Under the pieces are notes generated by a model. It saw nothing but the letters and a program-made list of their open reading frames with translations, made no database searches and was not told the DNA's origin. Below are positions 1-8,777 of a DNA stretch of 64,000 bases, piece after piece. The position numbers were made by a program, and so were the translations under genes. This DNA comes from a virus (lineage: Duplodnaviria; Heunggongvirae; Uroviricota; Caudoviricetes): positions 30,376-94,375 of IMG/VR virus record IMGVR_UViG_3300044613_002694. One strand, given 5' to 3'. Positions within the stretch are counted from its first letter, which is position 1, and each line of letters begins with the position of its first letter.

Positions 1-97
1 CCAATTGCTTTTACTCCTTCATTACCTACCCCAAATTTATTAACAACTGATTTTTTAAATCAACAATTATTAACAAACAATATCGAAGAGAACTCTA

Positions 98-355
98 ATG
101 ACTAATTGGTTATACATATACGAAGGTAAAGTTGTTCATATTATTGATCAAGAAGAAACCCCATCGTCAAATGATTATGCAGACGGTATTCATGATACCG
201 TTGCCCAAGATGATTCTAAAACTTTTAAAGTTGGTGATGATTTTACTGCTGAGTTACAGTTACAATATAATAAAGATCTATGGATTGAAAAAGGGTGGAT
301 TGATATTCAACCAACTGATATTCAAACCTTACAAGATGGACAAACAACTGAATAG
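98..355 (+). CDS. hypothetical acidic protein
   Basis: 85-aa ORF from track; no recognisable motif. Confidence 0.35.
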   Translation: MTNWLYIYEGKVVHIIDQEETPSSNDYADGIHDTVAQDDSKTFKVGDDFTAELQLQYNKDLWIEKGWIDIQPTDIQTLQDGQTTE

Positions 356-398
356 TGATGTAGCATTCGTCAATTTTTAATAACTGTTATGGATTTCT

Positions 399-434
399 AA
401 AAATTAACCCCAGATAGATTAGGCTATACTGGGG
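399..434 (-). terminator. putative rho-independent terminator (minus strand)
   Basis: CCCCAG...CTGGGG stem followed on the minus strand by a T-rich run; downstream of the small minus-strand ORF. Confidence 0.3.
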
Positions 435-443
435 TAGTTTCAA

Positions 444-575
444 TTAAAACGAATTCCACCAAACTGGTTGCATAGGTACAAAATACCCAATGGTCAACAT
501 AAAGACCAATCCAATAAATACCGATACACTGATAATAGCAGTGATGTTTTCTTGCGTAAATAATTTTTCTAACAT
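444..575 (-). CDS. small hydrophobic membrane peptide (43 aa)
   Basis: Manual translation MLEKLFTQENITAIISVSVFIGLVFMLTIGYFVPMQPVWWNSF; SD-like AAGGAGAA upstream. Confidence 0.3.
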   Translation of the reverse strand: MLEKLFTQENITAIISVSVFIGLVFMLTIGYFVPMQPVWWNSF

Positions 576-993
576 AGTGTGTTCTCCTTTGTGTGTTTAA
601 ACTATAACTTTATTTAGATTTTAGTATAACACAAAATGTATAAAAATCAAGCATTTAGGCGCTCCTCTCATGAAAATTATTATCAACAAATAAGAAACAA
701 TCAGTAAGAAGAGGCGGTATTGTATATGGAAAAGATACTATTAATAATGATGCTAACTTCGCCTGTTGAACGACCAGATTCGGCTAAAGAAAAAGCTGAA
801 CAACGTAAATCAATTCAACCACCCCCTATTGAACGTCGTGAATTTTCCAGGATATGCAGTAAGAATGAAAAGCCTATAGATTGTAGACCGCTTACACAAG
901 CTGAAATCTCATCGGGTGCAGTTAGGGGTAATAAAGAATATGTTGACAATCCACAGCCATAATGGTAAGATATATACAACATTAGGAGGAATC

Positions 994-1488
994 ATGTCTG
1001 AAAAAGCTAAACTATTCGCAACACAAAAACATTCAGGTCAATACAGAAAAGTGTCAGGTGAACCTTATGTCAATCATGTACTGCATGTTGGTGAATTGGT
1101 ATCTACCTTTAAAATATCAAAGAAGTTGCCACAATTAGTTGAAGCAGGTATCTTACATGATACCCTCGAAGATACTGATACTACCTTTGTCGAACTGGCA
1201 TCAGAATTTAGTCCATTAGTGGCTAGTCTAGTATTGGAATTGACTAGTGATCCAAAATTGGTTCAACAATTAAGTAAGAAAGAATATCTCAAACGAAAAA
1301 TGCTAGGGATGAGTAGCTATGGATTATTCATCAAACTATGTGATAGATTAAGCAATGTTATGGATCATCCAACCGACAAAGCTATTATCTCCACAAGAGA
1401 AATAATTGAATTTCTACGTGAAAACCGTAAGTTGTCCCAATCACATCTATCAGTGATTCACGAAATTGAAAAATACATCGGAGTGTAA
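994..1488 (+). CDS. HD-domain (p)ppGpp pyrophosphohydrolase (SpoT/MESH1-like hydrolase domain)
   Basis: AGGAGG RBS 7 nt upstream of ATG at 994; motifs HVLHV...GILHDTLEDTDTT typical of the RelA/SpoT HD hydrolase domain; track ORF 916-1488 trimmed to the internal start. Confidence 0.7.
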   Translation: MSEKAKLFATQKHSGQYRKVSGEPYVNHVLHVGELVSTFKISKKLPQLVEAGILHDTLEDTDTTFVELASEFSPLVASLVLELTSDPKLVQQLSKKEYLKRKMLGMSSYGLFIKLCDRLSNVMDHPTDKAIISTREIIEFLRENRKLSQSHLSVIHEIEKYIGV

Positions 1489-1593
1489 TATGAAAACACC
1501 AAATAACCCAGTGGCTAAACATTGCCACAAATTCAATCGACCGAACGTCGAAGAAGATAAGAAAAAAACGTATCAACGTAAATCAAAACACAA

Positions 1594-1617
1594 GGGCCAA
1601 GATTTTGGCCCTTTTTC
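1594..1617 (+). terminator. rho-independent terminator
   Basis: GGGCCAAgattTTGGCCC hairpin followed by TTTTTCT. Confidence 0.6.
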
Positions 1618-1620
1618 TAT

Positions 1621-1872
1621 TTGACACCTATGAATAACACTGATATAATGTACTTTGCAACAGTTAAATATACCGACACCCATCAAGCGATTTCATGGTG
1701 TCAAGATGTATTTGGTTATGATGAATTAGCTATTACTCATGAAATAAAGATTAAAGTATCAAAGAAAACTGATAGGTGGAATTTCGTGGGTCGATCATTA
1801 TTATCAGATGAATACTCATTTGTGTTTTGTAATGAATCCGATCGTAACTGGTTTTTATTAAGATGGACATGA
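1621..1872 (+). CDS. family A small paralog (C-terminal ...SDRNWFLLRWT)
   Basis: Track ORF; conserved C-terminal WFxLRW motif; stop overlaps next start. Confidence 0.55.
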   Translation: MTPMNNTDIMYFATVKYTDTHQAISWCQDVFGYDELAITHEIKIKVSKKTDRWNFVGRSLLSDEYSFVFCNESDRNWFLLRWT

Positions 1873-2066
1873 TCAAACTGGATATTAGAAAATATCAAAA
1901 ATTTAGACAAGAATGCTATAATAATTCTAAATTTGATAACGCATATACTTGGGTTGAAGCACTTCGAATTGCTGGATTTAAAACAGCAATATCATATGAT
2001 GGTTCATCTACTGGTATCCACCTCAGTGAAGAAGAATATACCTGGTTTGTAATAAGATGGAGTTAA
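1863..2066 (+). CDS. family A small paralog (...EEEYTWFVIRWS)
   Basis: Track ORF; motif; overlapping coupling. Confidence 0.55.
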   Translation: MDMIKLDIRKYQKFRQECYNNSKFDNAYTWVEALRIAGFKTAISYDGSSTGIHLSEEEYTWFVIRWS

Positions 2067-2067
2067 A

Positions 2068-2304
2068 ATGAAACACACACTAAACTCAGATAATCGCGAT
2101 AAGATATGGAGGCAATGGAATATAGAGAATGGATCTCCGCGATTCTACCATTCATATAACCGAGTCACCCGTGCATATACCGGTAAAAAATTTGAGGATT
2201 GGTTATTTGATAAAGGTGGTGTAATCAAACAACACTCCAGAAAACGTTATATCGAATTTATGACGGGTGAACAAGCAAATTGGTTCATACTAAAATACTT
2301 ATGA
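2068..2304 (+). CDS. family A small paralog (...EQANWFILKYL)
   Basis: Track ORF; motif. Confidence 0.5.
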   Translation: MKHTLNSDNRDKIWRQWNIENGSPRFYHSYNRVTRAYTGKKFEDWLFDKGGVIKQHSRKRYIEFMTGEQANWFILKYL

Positions 2305-2540
2305 AATTTAAATCATTTACAGCTACCAGAAAACGATACTTTAAACATGCGGTGGAAATACAACTTTCAACAATCAATTCCTATTCAATGTTTTATGAAT
2401 ACTCATGTTGGTGCATTGAAAATATGGGAAAATATAAGGGACGATGGTATTGGAAAAGTGGTGATGTATCAAAATGCCGAACTTATTATTTTAGAAATGA
2501 AGCCGACCGAACATGGTTTTTAATGAGATTTGCACAATGA
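2280..2540 (+). CDS. family A small paralog (...ADRTWFLMRFAQ)
   Basis: Track ORF; motif. Confidence 0.5.
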   Translation: MVHTKILMKFKSFTATRKRYFKHAVEIQLSTINSYSMFYEYSCWCIENMGKYKGRWYWKSGDVSKCRTYYFRNEADRTWFLMRFAQ

Positions 2541-2740
2541 AAGAATTTAAACTAGACGATTATCCAAAGTTTTACGCCATATTAAAACAAAAATATAGAG
2601 AAACTGGAAAACTGTATGTAGAAACATTTGCCGAGTATGGCTTTAAATCAGCATCCTATCATGAAAACATCAATGGCACTGGATGGAAATGGACATTGGA
2701 TGATTCCGAGTTTACATGGTTTACAATACAATGGACCTAA
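2513..2740 (+). CDS. family A small paralog (...SEFTWFTIQWT)
   Basis: Track ORF; motif. Confidence 0.5.
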   Translation: MVFNEICTMKEFKLDDYPKFYAILKQKYRETGKLYVETFAEYGFKSASYHENINGTGWKWTLDDSEFTWFTIQWT

Positions 2741-2988
2741 TTATGACAAAACGAATAATATTATCACCTAATAACAGCTTCGATCTAACTCCCACGTGGT
2801 GGAAAAATTTAGTCTATAATACTAATGGATCTTATGGTATTTCCGATAGGGACAATATCATGAACGAATATCACGCCAAAATAGTACGAGATTCGAACAA
2901 TATCATACAGTTCATTGAATTTGAAAAAGAACAATACTATACTTGGTTCCTTCTTAATATTAATTCTGACCCACACTTTCTATCATGA
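2716..2988 (+). CDS. family A-like small protein (divergent, ...YYTWFLLNINS)
   Basis: Track ORF; partial motif. Confidence 0.45.
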   Translation: MVYNTMDLIMTKRIILSPNNSFDLTPTWWKNLVYNTNGSYGISDRDNIMNEYHAKIVRDSNNIIQFIEFEKEQYYTWFLLNINSDPHFLS

Positions 2989-3413
2989 TTCAAGTAGTTG
3001 TATTAGAAGCATCGGATATAGTCCTAGCAACCGATTATTGCCGACCATTATCTTTATCATCCGGGTATGATGATGGGTATTCATTCACCAGTATGTATAG
3101 TGGTAGACCCATCAACAATGTTAAATGGACTCGGGTAGAACAAGTATTCGGACCAGTATGGTTTAACAAATCGGTTGAAACACTTAATGAAGCATTGGGG
3201 CTACATGAATTCATTCGTGGCAAATTACCAGAAACACATTTATATGGTAAGACCAAGGAAGAACAAGCAGCAGAGTATGATGAATATCTAAAATCAAATG
3301 TGTTCCCTTATGGTAAACATAAAGAACTAACATTCTATGAAGTTAGATATAAATTTCCTGACTATTTCAATTGGGCAGTTACCAAAGGAATTATTAAAGA
3401 TGAAATATATTAA
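2985..3413 (+). CDS. hypothetical protein (142 aa)
   Basis: Track ORF in the same operon; no motif recognised. Confidence 0.4.
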   Translation: MIQVVVLEASDIVLATDYCRPLSLSSGYDDGYSFTSMYSGRPINNVKWTRVEQVFGPVWFNKSVETLNEALGLHEFIRGKLPETHLYGKTKEEQAAEYDEYLKSNVFPYGKHKELTFYEVRYKFPDYFNWAVTKGIIKDEIY

Positions 3414-3636
3414 ACGACATATCAAAACATCAAAATTCCCATATGCAATTGAATTCATGTTTGATTCATCTGACCAAATAACCGAATCGGATGTATACCA
3501 ATGGTGTACAGAAAACTTTGGTGTGCCATCACCAGATGGTGATGAGATGGGATATAAATGGATCAAAAGCTTATTTGGATTACGATTCAAAGATGAAGCA
3601 CATTTAAATTGGTGTATTATGAGATTTTCATCATGA
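3400..3636 (+). CDS. family A small paralog (...AHLNWCIMRFSS)
   Basis: Internal ATG (MKYIKRH) overlapping the upstream stop; motif. Confidence 0.45.
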   Translation: MKYIKRHIKTSKFPYAIEFMFDSSDQITESDVYQWCTENFGVPSPDGDEMGYKWIKSLFGLRFKDEAHLNWCIMRFSS

Positions 3637-3818
3637 CTGTACTAGATATTCGAAACTTCCCGAAATTTGCAGACTATTGCCTCAGCAAATACACACCATA
3701 CGTAACATGGGAGATATGTATCAAATATGAAGGATTTGATGTAATTAGGGTTCGTGATTATCATTACGAGTTTCAAGATGTCGATGCAACCTGGTTCATT
3801 CTTAAATGGAGTAGTTGA
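3609..3818 (+). CDS. family A small paralog (...DATWFILKWSS)
   Basis: Track ORF; motif. Confidence 0.5.
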   Translation: MVYYEIFIMTVLDIRNFPKFADYCLSKYTPYVTWEICIKYEGFDVIRVRDYHYEFQDVDATWFILKWSS

Positions 3819-3863
3819 CACTACTTCCAACCTATGTTATACTTTTTATTTTAAGGAACAATT

Positions 3864-4385
3864 ATGCCAAACACCCAACACATTTTTTTCTGGACTGGTC
3901 CATTTTCTCAATGGTATCATTCTAATTTTGTATTAGATGGTATCAAATACAATACTGCCGAACAGTATATGATGTATCATAAAGCACGATTATTTTCTAA
4001 TCCATTCAATGATGCAATTGCAGAACAAATTTTAGCATCAACCAATCCAAAAGAACAAAAAGCATTAGGCCGTAAAGTTCGTGATTTTGATATGGTCTGG
4101 TGGAATGAGAATGCAATTCAAATCGCATTTCGTGGTAATCATGGCAAGTTCTCACAAAACAAAAATCTGTATAACCGATTAATGAACACCGGTAATTCAT
4201 TATTAGTAGAGGCATCGCCATTTGACAGTATATGGGGAGTCGGGTTAAATGAAGAAGATGCAAAAAAAATTCCGCCAGAGCAATGGCCAGGTAAAAATTG
4301 GTTAGGTATTGTACTAACTGATTTACGTGAACATTTTAAGAACGAAGAACGTATAGCAATGGAGAACAAACATGCGAAAATTTAA
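3864..4385 (+). CDS. NADAR/YbiA-family (DUF1768) N-glycosidase-like protein
   Basis: N-terminal FFWTGPFSQWYHSNF...AEQYMMYHKARLF resembles the YbiA/NADAR signature; sigma70-like promoter upstream. Confidence 0.6.
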   Translation: MPNTQHIFFWTGPFSQWYHSNFVLDGIKYNTAEQYMMYHKARLFSNPFNDAIAEQILASTNPKEQKALGRKVRDFDMVWWNENAIQIAFRGNHGKFSQNKNLYNRLMNTGNSLLVEASPFDSIWGVGLNEEDAKKIPPEQWPGKNWLGIVLTDLREHFKNEERIAMENKHAKI

Positions 4386-4409
4386 AACTTCATCCTCAAC
4401 CGATCATAG

Positions 4410-4438
4410 TTGACAAATTAAAATCATCTTGCTAGACT
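4410..4438 (+). promoter_or_regulatory. sigma70-like promoter (TTGACA-17-TAGACT)
   Basis: Read directly from sequence. Confidence 0.45.
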
Positions 4439-4467
4439 ATTAACTTTCAAACACACATGAGATTATT

Positions 4468-5289
4468 ATGACAATTACAGCTCAAGATTGCAGAACCGCT
4501 ATCAAAAATAGCAAATCAATTAGTCCATTACTCACTTATGCTTCTGATTGGAAACAAGCACGTAAGTATAAAGCCAACAACGGTGATAATGTGCGAATCT
4601 TTAACAGCAGTATTATGAATGAAACTGTTTACGTAATCGAACGTGGGTATGGATTGGAAGTTACTCTCACTAAACCAGATATGCAATGGTCATTCGAAAT
4701 TCAACCCTATGCACAATGGGATGAATATGATACTGTTAAGTTTCGTGTATATGGCAATGAACAATATGAATCTGGTTTTGTAGCCAATCATGTTAAAGGG
4801 TTGCCGCCTGGCTCAACCGAGGTATCAGAAGGTATGTTCAATAATTCAAACTTTACTGAATACAACTTTGTTGAAATGATGGAGTCTGCAAACTTCAATA
4901 ATATGACACCTGATCTTGGTGAGAAACCTGAAAAACCTGAAAAACCTGAAGAAGGGTGTGGCGCAGATGAATGTTGCGGTGGTTCTTGTAGTTCTGGAAT
5001 ATCACTTTCAAGTGATGACGACTCGGATTTAGTTGAAGATTTCTGGTATTATGAAATCATAACAGATGAAGCGGATGGAGAGTATATAAACATTACTTCT
5101 AAAGCATACTGGGAGAAATATGGTTATCTTGATGATAAAATTGCCAGTGATGCATTGAATCAAGCATTGCCACTTGGGTTTTCTGAATTAGCTGAGAGTA
5201 CATTTGACTACAATGGAAATATGGCTGCTGCCAAAACAGCATTGGATGCCACTGGAAATTTTCAAGAGTTTTGTTTTGGATTTTATTGA
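4468..5289 (+). CDS. hypothetical protein with PEKPEKPE repeat and Cys/Gly-rich patch
   Basis: Track ORF 273 aa; GEKPEKPEKPEEGCGADECCGGSCSSG. Confidence 0.45.
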   Translation: MTITAQDCRTAIKNSKSISPLLTYASDWKQARKYKANNGDNVRIFNSSIMNETVYVIERGYGLEVTLTKPDMQWSFEIQPYAQWDEYDTVKFRVYGNEQYESGFVANHVKGLPPGSTEVSEGMFNNSNFTEYNFVEMMESANFNNMTPDLGEKPEKPEKPEEGCGADECCGGSCSSGISLSSDDDSDLVEDFWYYEIITDEADGEYINITSKAYWEKYGYLDDKIASDALNQALPLGFSELAESTFDYNGNMAAAKTALDATGNFQEFCFGFY

Positions 5290-5313
5290 CACACCAGTAA
5301 AATCTGCTATAAT
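5286..5313 (+). promoter_or_regulatory. sigma70-like promoter (TTGACA-16-TATAAT, extended TGCTATAATACA)
   Basis: Read directly. Confidence 0.5.
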
Positions 5314-5341
5314 ACAACCAACTTAAACAAAGAGGACAACA

Positions 5342-5731
5342 ATGAGTATCGCATCTGAACAAGAACAACTGAATTATTTTTATAAACGTGTTGAAACTAT
5401 CAAACAACGTAAGTTATTGATTAAAAATGCATGGAGTACTGAACCACAACATATTGTTATTACACACAAAGATGTGGTTCAAGCATTAATTGATGGTTCT
5501 GCTACACTGCGTAATACAGATAACACTGGGCCTATTTATATTAGTGAGTTAGATTGGCCGGATTTAACAATAAAAGCACAAGAGCGTAAAGAACAAGTTG
5601 CAAAGGCACAAGATGAGTATGATGCATACCATATCGCATTAAGTGAATCTATCTCAAAAATTGTGGATAAGGTGGTATTAGGTAAACTAAAACTATTAGA
5701 AGCAATTGAACAGATTGAACAATTAGCTTAA
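5342..5731 (+). CDS. hypothetical protein
   Basis: Track ORF 129 aa; RBS AAGAGGA. Confidence 0.45.
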   Translation: MSIASEQEQLNYFYKRVETIKQRKLLIKNAWSTEPQHIVITHKDVVQALIDGSATLRNTDNTGPIYISELDWPDLTIKAQERKEQVAKAQDEYDAYHIALSESISKIVDKVVLGKLKLLEAIEQIEQLA

Positions 5732-5752
5732 TTTAACAACAAAGAGTAAACA

Positions 5753-5983
5753 ATGAAAATGAAAGGTTTTACACTAATCGAGATAGTTATTACTATTGCT
5801 ATCATCTGCATTATTGGCGGTATTATACACACCAACAGTAACAATGTATCAGTTGGTATCAATGGTATGGTGGAAACACGATGTATCAATAATTTACAAT
5901 TTGTAATAGGCGAGAAAGGCAGGGTCACACAAGTCCTTGATACCAATGGCCATGGCGTTTCTTGCACCAATTCAAACATTTAA
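5753..5983 (+). CDS. small protein with type IV prepilin-like N-terminus (MKMKG/FTLIEIVITIAII)
   Basis: G-FTLIE hydrophobic segment directly after a short basic leader is the hallmark of the prepilin cleavage/methylation domain. Confidence 0.45.
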   Translation: MKMKGFTLIEIVITIAIICIIGGIIHTNSNNVSVGINGMVETRCINNLQFVIGEKGRVTQVLDTNGHGVSCTNSNI

Positions 5984-5997
5984 CAAAACATAAAAAT

Positions 5998-6666
5998 ATG
6001 ACAACTTATACAGCAACAAAATCAAATGCGATGACACGTGTTTATCGCAATATGGCCTTATCAGTATTCACTACTATGGTAGTAGCGTATATCGTTAGCC
6101 AAAGTCCAACATTAACTGCATTCTTTTTAACTGGCCCAATGAAATGGGTAGTGCTATTAGTACCACTGGCAATGGTTTTTGTTTTCCATGCAGTTTTGCA
6201 ATCAACCGAATCGCCAATTGTAGCTCATGGACTATTACAGATCTTTTCAGCAACATTTGGTATTTCCATGTCGGTGATCTTTCATCAATATAGTGCAGGG
6301 TTGATTACCAGTGCGTTCTTGGGTGCAACGGTATTGTTTACCACTATGGCAATTTACGGGATGACAACTAAACGAGATTTAACATCGATTGGTGCCTTCT
6401 TGATGGTTGGATTGATTTCTTTAATTATTGTTAGTGTTATCAATCTATTCATTGGTAATTCATTATTAGATTTGGCATTATCTGGAATTGGTGTTATCAT
6501 TTTCTTGGGATTTACCGCATATGATGCACAAAACATTCAAGAAATGGTTAGCTATGAAAGTAATACCAATCTTGAAGTAATGGGCGCTTTGTCATTGTAT
6601 CTTGACTTTGTAAATCTATTCCTGGATTTACTGAGATTATTTGGTGCTTTAGCATCCGACGATTAA
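5998..6666 (+). CDS. Bax inhibitor-1/YccA (TMBIM) family membrane protein
   Basis: ~7 predicted TM helices; C-terminal ...GALSLYLDFVNLFLDLLRLFG typical of BI-1/YccA; internal start MTTYTA. Confidence 0.6.
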   Translation: MTTYTATKSNAMTRVYRNMALSVFTTMVVAYIVSQSPTLTAFFLTGPMKWVVLLVPLAMVFVFHAVLQSTESPIVAHGLLQIFSATFGISMSVIFHQYSAGLITSAFLGATVLFTTMAIYGMTTKRDLTSIGAFLMVGLISLIIVSVINLFIGNSLLDLALSGIGVIIFLGFTAYDAQNIQEMVSYESNTNLEVMGALSLYLDFVNLFLDLLRLFGALASDD

Positions 6667-6668
6667 TG

Positions 6669-6709
6669 TTGACAAGAGTGTATTGTAGCAATATAATACA
6701 CTCTTTTTT
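6669..6709 (+). promoter_or_regulatory. overlapping terminator hairpin plus consensus sigma70 promoter (TTGACA-17-TATAAT)
   Basis: AGAGTGTATT...AATACACTCT perfect 10-bp stem followed by TTTTTT; -35/-10 embedded in the same stem. Confidence 0.5.
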
Positions 6710-6739
6710 AGCGTGATTTAAATTAGTAGGTATTAATTC

Positions 6740-6961
6740 ATGTCTTTTAAAGTAAAAATTATTCGAGTCCAATTCAAAACTTGGCGATCATGGAAAAACT
6801 GGGATGCTGGTAGACGGCAATGGGATGGTACTAATAAAAGTTATGGGCAGTATTGTGTTAAACATTATCCTATCTGCTTATCTGCTAACAGTGTATTTGG
6901 TGGAGTAGAATTTACGTTTGAATCAGAAGCACATTATCACTGGTTCTTATTACAACAATGA
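6740..6961 (+). CDS. family A small paralog (...FESEAHYHWFLLQQ)
   Basis: Track ORF; motif; ATGA overlap. Confidence 0.6.
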   Translation: MSFKVKIIRVQFKTWRSWKNWDAGRRQWDGTNKSYGQYCVKHYPICLSANSVFGGVEFTFESEAHYHWFLLQQ

Positions 6962-7194
6962 CTATTGAAATAATTGACAATTTTGGAGCCCCGATATCTA
7001 AATTTCCACTGATAAGTAAAGCTTGGTGCATGAATTATACACATTCTACCGATTTTGCCCAATGGGTTAAAGACACCTTTCCTGAAATTATAGATGTTAA
7101 CAGAATGGGTGGATACTATCTGAAAGATTACCCAGCTTACCGATATACATTTAAATCCGAAGCACATTTCACTTGGTTTTTATTACAACAATGA
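6958..7194 (+). CDS. family A small paralog (...FKSEAHFTWFLLQQ)
   Basis: Track ORF; motif. Confidence 0.6.
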   Translation: MTIEIIDNFGAPISKFPLISKAWCMNYTHSTDFAQWVKDTFPEIIDVNRMGGYYLKDYPAYRYTFKSEAHFTWFLLQQ

Positions 7195-7409
7195 TTTACC
7201 AACTAACAATACATAGCAGAATAGCTGGTAAATGGGCAACCACTAGAATGTACGTCCATGATTTCCAGTTCCAAGGTAAATTACCCAATTGGCTAATGCA
7301 CCACCATGACGAAATCATTCACGCCGAGTATCACCATGGGGATCGAATGTACCTAAACATAACCTTTAATTCAGAAGCACATTATCACTGGTTTTTATTA
7401 CAACAATGA
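7173..7409 (+). CDS. family A small paralog (...FNSEAHYHWFLLQQ)
   Basis: Track ORF; motif. Confidence 0.6.
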   Translation: MVFITTMIYQLTIHSRIAGKWATTRMYVHDFQFQGKLPNWLMHHHDEIIHAEYHHGDRMYLNITFNSEAHYHWFLLQQ

Positions 7410-7663
7410 CATTTCAAATAGAAGATTCTTGGGCAGCACCTTATTCTAGATTCACAGGGTGTTATAAAAAATGGTGTGAAATAGTAGATATCAGTTCCAG
7501 AAACCATCTCGATGCACCTGATTTTTTTACCTGGATTAAAGAAACATTCCCTGAGATAATAAAGATTGAAACAGTTGATGAACATGACTATGAATATTTA
7601 ACTTTTAAATATACATTTAAATCTGAAGCACATTACACTTGGTTTTTATTGAGGTGGTCATGA
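7406..7663 (+). CDS. family A small paralog (...FKSEAHYTWFLLRWS)
   Basis: Track ORF; motif. Confidence 0.6.
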   Translation: MTFQIEDSWAAPYSRFTGCYKKWCEIVDISSRNHLDAPDFFTWIKETFPEIIKIETVDEHDYEYLTFKYTFKSEAHYTWFLLRWS

Positions 7664-7881
7664 ATTACGAAATTATATTACCCAGCAACATATACAGAGC
7701 ATGGGATTCCTTCAAAGAATATACCAATGTAGCTGATATGTTGTCATTCAAAGATTTTATTATGGAAAACTACCAAGAATGCGTATCAGTAGCATATACG
7801 ATACCATCACCGAGGTTACTGGATATGACTTTTACATTTAAATCTGAAGCGCATTACACTTGGTTTTTATTAAAACAATGA
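7639..7881 (+). CDS. family A small paralog (...FKSEAHYTWFLLKQ)
   Basis: Track ORF; motif. Confidence 0.6.
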   Translation: MVFIEVVMNYEIILPSNIYRAWDSFKEYTNVADMLSFKDFIMENYQECVSVAYTIPSPRLLDMTFTFKSEAHYTWFLLKQ

Positions 7882-8078
7882 GTTATACAATCGCAGTCCA
7901 AGCTTCCACATTTAATTTTTTTGGTAAATGGCGAGAAGCTGGGTTCGTTGGTACTTTCTCTGATTTTGTATTTACTAGGTACCCTGATATACTGGATTTC
8001 AGGGTATGGGGGCATTCGGAGTATCTACTGACTTTTGAAACAGAAGCGCATTACACTTGGTTCTTACTAAAACAATAA
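7860..8078 (+). CDS. family A small paralog (...FETEAHYTWFLLKQ)
   Basis: Track ORF; motif. Confidence 0.6.
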   Translation: MVFIKTMSYTIAVQASTFNFFGKWREAGFVGTFSDFVFTRYPDILDFRVWGHSEYLLTFETEAHYTWFLLKQ

Positions 8079-8087
8079 GGTTAAATT

Positions 8088-8309
8088 ATGACACAGTATA
8101 GAGTATTAGAAGATACAGCAACTGGTAGTTTTTATCCACAGCGTAAACGTAGTTGGTATTTAGGGTGGGAATATTTTGAAACTAAAAGGCTTGGCCGGAT
8201 GTTTCATCATGACCTTAACAGTGCATATCGGTGGCTTGATAGATTCACAGACAATTCTAAACCAAATTCTATAATTCACGAGTACCCACCAAAGCAGTTT
8301 GACAAGTAG
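8088..8309 (+). CDS. hypothetical protein
   Basis: Track ORF 73 aa. Confidence 0.4.
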   Translation: MTQYRVLEDTATGSFYPQRKRSWYLGWEYFETKRLGRMFHHDLNSAYRWLDRFTDNSKPNSIIHEYPPKQFDK

Positions 8310-8326
8310 TTTTATTTTGTTATAAT
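8299..8326 (+). promoter_or_regulatory. sigma70-like promoter (TTGACA-16-TATAAT gcac)
   Basis: Read directly; followed by an AACACAACACAGAGAGACA leader shared with other genes. Confidence 0.5.
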
Positions 8327-8360
8327 GCACACAACTTAACACAACACAGAGAGACACAAC

Positions 8361-8732
8361 ATGATCGAATACACAGTACGAGTTGACAGAGATAGAACCG
8401 AATGGTATTTAAATGGCGAATTACATCGAGAAGATGGACCAGCTGTTGAATTTGAGAATGGTTACAAAGAATGGTGGTTAAATGGCAAGCGTCATAGAAC
8501 AGACGGACCAGCGGTTGAATGGATAAATGGTTCTAAATTATGGTATCAACATGACAAATTACATCGAGAAGATGGCCCAGCTATTGAACGTGCGGATAGA
8601 TCTAGAGAGTGGTATTTAAATGGTCAAGAATATTCAGAACAAGATTTTAACAAACTGATTAATTGCACAGAATTATCAATAGCTGAAATTGAACAATTAC
8701 TTGGTTATAAAGTTAAAATCGTTGATAAGTAG
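8361..8732 (+). CDS. MORN-variant repeat protein (WYLNGxLHREDGPAVE repeats)
   Basis: Three to four tandem ~23-aa repeats EWYLNGELHREDGPAVEFENGYK... Confidence 0.55.
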   Translation: MIEYTVRVDRDRTEWYLNGELHREDGPAVEFENGYKEWWLNGKRHRTDGPAVEWINGSKLWYQHDKLHREDGPAIERADRSREWYLNGQEYSEQDFNKLINCTELSIAEIEQLLGYKVKIVDK

Positions 8733-8749
8733 TCTTATTCTGCTATAAT
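8722..8749 (+). promoter_or_regulatory. sigma70-like promoter (TTGATA-16-TATAAT acac)
   Basis: Read directly. Confidence 0.45.
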
Positions 8750-8777
8750 ACACCCAATTTAAACACAAGAGATTCTT

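Noticed and set aside
380-720. Possible tRNA or small RNA in the 340-bp gap upstream of 720, and in other gaps (14000-14093, 49005-49240, 51611-51714)
   Set aside because: No cloverleaf-compatible acceptor/T-arm pairing or GTTC-type T-loop could be found by eye. The gap at 380-720 is better explained by a small minus-strand membrane peptide plus its terminator.
720-962. 80-aa plus-strand ORF upstream of the HD hydrolase
   Set aside because: It has no RBS and overlaps the promoter/leader region of the HD hydrolase gene; low-complexity composition. Possibly real but unsupported.
6900-8080. Regularly spaced nucleotide repeats (...cagaagcacattatcactggtt(c/t)ttattacaacaatga...) every ~220-240 bp, which superficially resemble a CRISPR-like repeat-spacer array
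   Set aside because: The repeats are the coding sequence of the conserved family A C-terminus plus the overlapping stop/start. The period (~225 bp) and full-length ORFs in one frame argue for tandem genes, not a CRISPR array. No cas genes are present.
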